From Hydrurus foetidus (lineage: Eukaryota): a stretch of DNA of 20,941 nucleotides. A model generated the notes under the pieces. That model was not told where the DNA came from. It made no database searches and worked only from the letters and a program-made list of their open reading frames with translations. Below, piece by piece: positions 16,962 through 20,941 of this stretch. Made by a program: the position numbers and the translations under genes. Numbering within the stretch: the stretch's first letter is position 1; each line of letters begins with the position of its first letter. The DNA is taken from positions 124,001-144,941 of the forward strand of contig UYFQ01000842.1 of assembly GCA_900617105.1 (NCBI GenBank), given 5' to 3'.

Positions 16962-17450
16962 CTAGGTGCTGCCGCTGGGCCGGGTCTGGCGAAATTTCTG
17001 TTCCAGCTCGTGGCGCAGCTGCTTGCGCAACTGGGCCGCCTCAAAGCGGCGCACTTCGTCGGGCGTCTCGGGCTGCAGCGGCGGCACGGGCGCGGCCTTG
17101 CCGAGATCGTCCACCGCCACCATGGTGAAGAAGCAGCTGTTCACATGGCGCACTTCCTGGGAGCGGATGTTTTCGGCAATCACCTTGATGCCGATCTCCA
17201 TGGACGACTTGCCGGTGTAGTTGACGCTGGCCAGAAAGGTGACCAGCTCGCCCACATGGATGGCCTGCAGGAACAGCACCCGGTCCACACTGAGCGTGAC
17301 CACGTAGCGCGAGGCGTAGCGGCTGGCGCAGGCATAGGCCACCTGGTCCAGCAGTTTCAAAATGGCGCCGCCGTGCACATTGCCAGAGAAGTTGGCCATG
17401 TCGGGCGACATGAGCACGGTCATGCTGAGTTGGTGGGTGGGGAGGTTCAT
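16962..17450 (-). CDS. Acyl-CoA thioesterase (hotdog fold, YciA-like)
   Basis: PDMANFSGNVHGGAILKLLDQVA motif, VVTLSVD, YTGKSSMEIG and FTMVAVD. Start set at ATG 17450. Confidence 0.94.
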   Translation of the reverse strand: MNLPTHQLSMTVLMSPDMANFSGNVHGGAILKLLDQVAYACASRYASRYVVTLSVDRVLFLQAIHVGELVTFLASVNYTGKSSMEIGIKVIAENIRSQEVRHVNSCFFTMVAVDDLGKAAPVPPLQPETPDEVRRFEAAQLRKQLRHELEQKFRQTRPSGST

Positions 17451-17509
17451 GGCTGAAGTGTAAAAGAGCGCCACGCGGGTGTACCCTTGCGCCAGCGTTA
17501 GGGACTTGC

Positions 17510-17983
17510 ATGAAGACTCGGTGCTATCTGCTGGTGGTGAGCGCGGCCTGCGTCCCCTGGGCCGCGTGGGCAGACGCGGGGCCACCGCCAGACGAAGGCG
17601 CACTTTGGGTCAACCTGGGCGGCTTCTCCAGCCACGTGAACCGCGACAAGGGCTACAACGAAAACAACGTGGGCCTGGGCGTGGAGTACCGGCTACAGCC
17701 CGACGTGGCGCTGATGGCCGGCGCGTTCAACAACAGCATCCGGCAAACCACCACCTACGCCGCCGTCAACTGGCTGCCCCTGTCGCTGGATGGCTGGAAG
17801 CTGGGTGCGGTGTTTGGCGTGATGAACGGCTACCCGGCCATTGCGCACGGCGGCGTCGTTCTTGCCGCGCTGCCCATGGCCACTTACGAGGGCACGCGCT
17901 TTGGCGTGAACCTGGAGCTGATTCCCAATGTGGACAAGGTAGACGGGGCGCTGGTCGTGCAGTTCAAGTTCCGGCTGCGTTAG
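17510..17983 (+). CDS. Small outer-membrane beta-barrel-type protein, PagP-like (tentative)
   Basis: 157 aa with a signal peptide ending in AWA and amphipathic beta-strands. The order S-H ... YNE-x-N-x-GLG ... AF-x-NS ... GY recalls PagP; C-terminal alternating aromatic strand. Confidence 0.6.
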   Translation: MKTRCYLLVVSAACVPWAAWADAGPPPDEGALWVNLGGFSSHVNRDKGYNENNVGLGVEYRLQPDVALMAGAFNNSIRQTTTYAAVNWLPLSLDGWKLGAVFGVMNGYPAIAHGGVVLAALPMATYEGTRFGVNLELIPNVDKVDGALVVQFKFRLR

Positions 17984-17990
17984 GCGCCGC

Positions 17991-19358
17991 TCAGGCAAAC
18001 AGGCCATGCAGATACCAGTCCTGCGCGCCCATGCGTTCACGAAACACCCACACCAACCCCGCCTGCGGGCTGCGCGCCACAAAGTAGTCGCGCAGCGCGG
18101 GCTCGCCCTCCAGCCAGCCGGTCTCCAGCCGCTGCGGCCCGGCCAGCAGGGTCAGCGGCCCTTGGTACTGCGGGCACTGCTGGCGCACCACCAGGCGCTG
18201 CGGCTTGGGCAGCAGCCAGGTGGGGTAGAGCGCGGCGGCTTCATCCAGTAATTCAGAGTCATTTAGGCCTCTAGCCCCCGTATTCATTGCGCCTGCAGCT
18301 CCTGATTTAGGAGCACTCTTGCTTGTCGCTGGCGCCTGCCACGGCACCCAGCGCTGCATGTGTTCGGGCCGGTGGTCGGCCAGCGGCTGGGCGCACAGCA
18401 CGTGCTCGGGCCCCAGCCGCGCGCCCAGGCGCTCCAGCGTCTGGTGCAGGCTGTCGCCCTTGCGCAAGTCGTCGGGCAACAGGCTGTGGCTCTCGCCCGC
18501 CAGCGGCTGCGTCTGCAGGCTGCGCAGGCGCAGGTACAGCACGGGCGCGGGCAGGGTCACGCGCGCCAGCTGCTCGCCCAGCAGGCGCTGCAGGTGGGCC
18601 ATGTCTTGCGTGGCCTGGGCGGTGCGCAGCTCCAGCCGGCCCTGCTGGCCGCCCGTGTGGTGGGCGTCGATATGCAGCGTGTTGGAACGGCGTGCGTCCA
18701 GCTCCCACAGCAGCTCCAGCGCCAGCACGCCGCGCTGGCGCGCACGCAGCCACACCAGCAGCTGGGCCAGCAGGCGCCGTGCGCCAAACAGCAGCGCGGG
18801 AGCCGACTCCACGCTGGCTGCCAGCTCGAGCGGGGCGTCAAACACCTCCGGCAGCGTGCGCCAGGGGTAGACCTCGGGCCGGTGGCCGTAGGCGCGGTCC
18901 AGCGCGTCCACCAGCCCCGCGCCAAAGCGGCGCACCAGCCCACCGCGCGGCAGCGCGCGCAGTTGGCCCCAGGTGCGCACACCCAGGCGCGCCAGCGTGG
19001 GCAGGTGCGGCCGCGTGGCGGCCAGGGTTTGCACCGGCAAGGCGTTTGGTGTGGCTTGCGTGCCGCCCCACAGCCGCGCCATTGCTACCAAAGATGTAGC
19101 GCCTTGCGCATATTCGACGGGGGCTAGCGGCTCATTTGGCATTAAGAACTGTTGCAGCAAGGCCGGGCGGCCGCCAAACAGCCGCTCGCTGCCCGAGACC
19201 TCCAGCACCAGCGTGTCCTCTATCTGCGCCACCAGCGGCGTGAAGCGCAGCGCCCACCAGGCCAACGCGGTCAGCGGGTCGGCCAGGGCCGCTACATCGG
19301 GGCTGGTCGCGGCCCCTGACGCTGGGTCAGGCAACGGCCGCAATGCGATCCAGTGCAT
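17991..19358 (-). CDS. imuB: ImuB, Y-family DNA polymerase-like mutagenesis protein (compact form)
   Basis: Start ATG 19358 (MHWIAL) with GGAGG RBS, overlapping the imuA end. Motifs WALRFTP, LEVSGSERLFGG, LPRGGLVRRFG, DHRPE, GPQRLETGW, RDYF and WYLHGLFA. Confidence 0.95.
   Translation of the reverse strand: MHWIALRPLPDPASGAATSPDVAALADPLTALAWWALRFTPLVAQIEDTLVLEVSGSERLFGGRPALLQQFLMPNEPLAPVEYAQGATSLVAMARLWGGTQATPNALPVQTLAATRPHLPTLARLGVRTWGQLRALPRGGLVRRFGAGLVDALDRAYGHRPEVYPWRTLPEVFDAPLELAASVESAPALLFGARRLLAQLLVWLRARQRGVLALELLWELDARRSNTLHIDAHHTGGQQGRLELRTAQATQDMAHLQRLLGEQLARVTLPAPVLYLRLRSLQTQPLAGESHSLLPDDLRKGDSLHQTLERLGARLGPEHVLCAQPLADHRPEHMQRWVPWQAPATSKSAPKSGAAGAMNTGARGLNDSELLDEAAALYPTWLLPKPQRLVVRQQCPQYQGPLTLLAGPQRLETGWLEGEPALRDYFVARSPQAGLVWVFRERMGAQDWYLHGLFA
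18256..18315 (-). repeat. 60-bp degenerate repeat, copy C, inside imuB
   Basis: TGCTCCTAAATCAGGAGC TGCAGGCGCA ATGAATAC GGGGGCTAGAGG CCTAAATGACTC. Encodes APKSGAAGAMNTGARGLND. Confidence 0.8.
19083..19142 (+). repeat. 60-bp degenerate repeat, copy D, inside imuB (antisense to the gene)
   Basis: TGCTACCAAAGATGTAGC GCCTTGCGCA TATTCGAC GGGGGCTAGCGG CTCATTTGGCAT. Its reverse complement encodes MPNEPLAPVEYAQGATSLVA. Confidence 0.8.
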
Positions 19359-20097
19359 GGTCCACCTCCTCCCTCTCCACCTGAACCACCACCGGCTCTT
19401 GCACCGGCCGCTGGCTGGCCGCCAGCCACACGGCCAGGCGCGCCGGGCGGGCCTGCAACACCAGCGGCTCTGCCAGCGGCGGGCCGCGGCGCTTGAGGAT
19501 GTGCACGGCCAGGGTGTCGCTGCCCGCGGCCTGCGCCGGGGCCTGGGGGGCCAGCTGCAGGCGCAAGAGCGCGGGCGAGGCATCGGCCTGCGCCTGCTGG
19601 GCGCGCATGACAAACAGCAGCTTGTGGTGCTCGGCTGCAGCCATTTGCAGGCGGCGCAGCTGGTCGCCGCGGGCCTGCGGCAGCCAGGCCAGCACCGCGT
19701 CCACCTCGGCGCAGCGCAGCGCCTGCTCGGCCGCCCACAGCCGGGCCGTGGCGGCCTGCGCTGTGACCCACACCAGCCGCGCCACCGCCAGCCCCTGCGC
19801 CGCCAGCGCGGGCACAAACGGTGGCTGCGGCGCCCCCACCAGCACCACCGGGCCCTGCCCGCTGCGCGCCAGGGCTGGCAGCAGCAGGCGCCATTCGCTG
19901 TGCACACCGGCGGGCTGCAGCAGCTCGATCAGCGCGCCCACGGGCCAACCGCCACCGGGCAACTGCGCGTCCAGCCGCGCGTCGCCCGTGGGCTGCACGG
20001 CCTGCGGCGCCGAGGCCAGGGCGTGCGCGTGCCAGACATCGGCGTGGATGTCTTGCAGGTCCGAAGCATCGGAGGAAATGCGCGCAACGCTAAGCAT
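19327..20097 (-). CDS. imuA: ImuA, translesion-synthesis-associated RecA/SulA-like protein
   Basis: 256 aa. Motifs TG-x-x-x-LDAQLPGGGWP-x-GALIELL, EWRLLLPAL, LWAAEQALR, LRRLQ, SPA-x-LRL and ILKRRGP. Confidence 0.96.
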   Translation of the reverse strand: MLSVARISSDASDLQDIHADVWHAHALASAPQAVQPTGDARLDAQLPGGGWPVGALIELLQPAGVHSEWRLLLPALARSGQGPVVLVGAPQPPFVPALAAQGLAVARLVWVTAQAATARLWAAEQALRCAEVDAVLAWLPQARGDQLRRLQMAAAEHHKLLFVMRAQQAQADASPALLRLQLAPQAPAQAAGSDTLAVHILKRRGPPLAEPLVLQARPARLAVWLAASQRPVQEPVVVQVEREEVDHALDRIAAVA

Positions 20098-20118
20098 GGC
20101 AAGGGGTTTGGCTAGTGA

Positions 20119-20134
20119 CTGTATTTATAACCAG
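20119..20134. promoter_or_regulatory. LexA (SOS) box upstream of imuA
   Basis: CTGT-ATTTATAA-CCAG (CTG-N10-CAG), 21 nt upstream of the imuA ATG, with an overlapping minus-strand TATACT. Confidence 0.9.
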
Positions 20135-20237
20135 TATATGGAAAACGCCCCTGCTATCAAAATCAAGAACAGGGTTTCCAGCCCCCACGGGGCCTGCCCC
20201 GGCCTTGGCTTTGTGCAGCTTTGCTAGAGTGGTCCGC

Positions 20238-20542
20238 ATGACCACCCTACCCGCTTTCTGCACCCCCGTCCCCAAGGCCACGCGCACGTGGGCTCTGGTG
20301 GAAGGCAGTGGCTGGTGCAAGGCTGCGTGGGCTGGCTGCTGTGCAAGGTGGTGCCCGAGCCGCACAACCAACAGACCTACGACCTGTTCATCGCCGAAGT
20401 CACCCAAGCCTGGGCCGACCCCCGCATGTTCTCCGGCGGGCGCTGGCATTTTGAAGATGCCCCGGACGAACTGCGGACCTTGCACTATGTGGCGGGGGGA
20501 CAGTTTTATGTGATTGGGGAGGCGCTTAACTTGCGAGAGTGA
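20238..20542 (+). pseudogene. Flavin reductase family pseudogene (internal deletions plus frameshift)
   Basis: One frame gives MTTLPAFCTPVP-KATRTWALVEGSG. A shifted frame continues LVQGCVGWLLCKVVPEPHNQQTYDLFIAEV...WAD...LRTLHYVAGG, the C-terminal part of a flavin reductase-like protein. About 100 codons in total, roughly half the usual length. Confidence 0.75.
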
Positions 20543-20739
20543 AGTGAGTAATTGGAATGCGGTGAAAACGGTCCTTGCATTGAACCAATTAAATACTCTG
20601 CCTCAGGTTAAAAACGGATCTGCGTCAAAGGCAACCAGTTCCTTATTTAGAGGACCTTTGATGCTTCAAACACAATAGGTGGAAGTGATGCAGGAAGCTC
20701 AAACCACAAGTAGCATAGCAATACATCAGGGAGAAAACC

Positions 20740-20941
20740 ATGTCGCTATTCCAACAAAAAATTGAAGGTGTTCCGCAGTTTGTGAGTTATTTCATCCCCG
20801 TTAGAGATGCACTCCTGTATTTCGGTGGGCAGGCAACAGCGAGACAGGTTTATGACTACATTGCTCAACATGGAGGTTTCACGAATGAAGACTTGAGCCA
20901 GTCAAACCAAAACGGGCGCCCCACTTTTGAAAACCGCGTGG
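20740..20941 (+). CDS. 5' part of a protein with an Mrr N-terminal winged-helix domain (restriction/defence-associated), truncated by the window end
   Basis: AGGGAG RBS and ATG 20740. MSLFQQKIEGVPQFVSYFIPVRDALLYFGGQATARQVYDYIA...NGRPTFENRV fits the Mrr_N pattern (P-x-F...LGG...V...FENRVxW). Lower-GC sequence. Confidence 0.72.
   Translation, partial: MSLFQQKIEGVPQFVSYFIPVRDALLYFGGQATARQVYDYIAQHGGFTNEDLSQSNQNGRPTFENRV

Noticed and set aside
19359..19907. 183-aa N-terminal extension of ImuB in the ORF track (638 aa)
   Set aside because: Overlaps imuA out of frame and is R/W/C-rich. The real start is ATG 19358 with a GGAGG RBS.
20152..20204. Fragments of the 60-bp repeat upstream of imuA (TGCTATCAAAA on plus; GGGGGCTGG on minus)
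   Set aside because: Only partial, opposed fragments that cannot be aligned over the full length.

Overview
GC-rich betaproteobacterial chromosome segment (Comamonadaceae-like by gene content and style; inference). In order: (1) the 3' part of a probable sugar or sugar-acid uptake and catabolism operon, with two tandem Tat-exported LivK-type ABC substrate-binding proteins, a LivH-type permease, two SDR dehydrogenases and a signal-peptide-bearing aldose 1-epimerase. (2) An intact 1700-bp IS1380-family element (14-bp perfect TIRs, 5-bp AATAT duplication) inserted between the epimerase stop codon and its terminator. (3) An AT-rich orphan gene with the hallmarks of an integron gene cassette (attC-like site plus matching upstream GTTGGGC core) but no integrase in the window. 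(4) A split SOS mutagenesis cassette: imuA-imuB and dnaE2 (imuC) lie about 5.3 kb apart, each with its own LexA box, with seven unrelated genes between them. (5) A deleted flavin-reductase pseudogene and the start of an Mrr-N-domain gene. The most striking unannotated signal is a degenerate 60-bp repeat present four times, gap-free and in frame, inside the coding sequences of dnaE2 and imuB. A second repeat family also sits inside dnaE2, so repeat DNA appears to have been turned into protein sequence in the mutasome genes.
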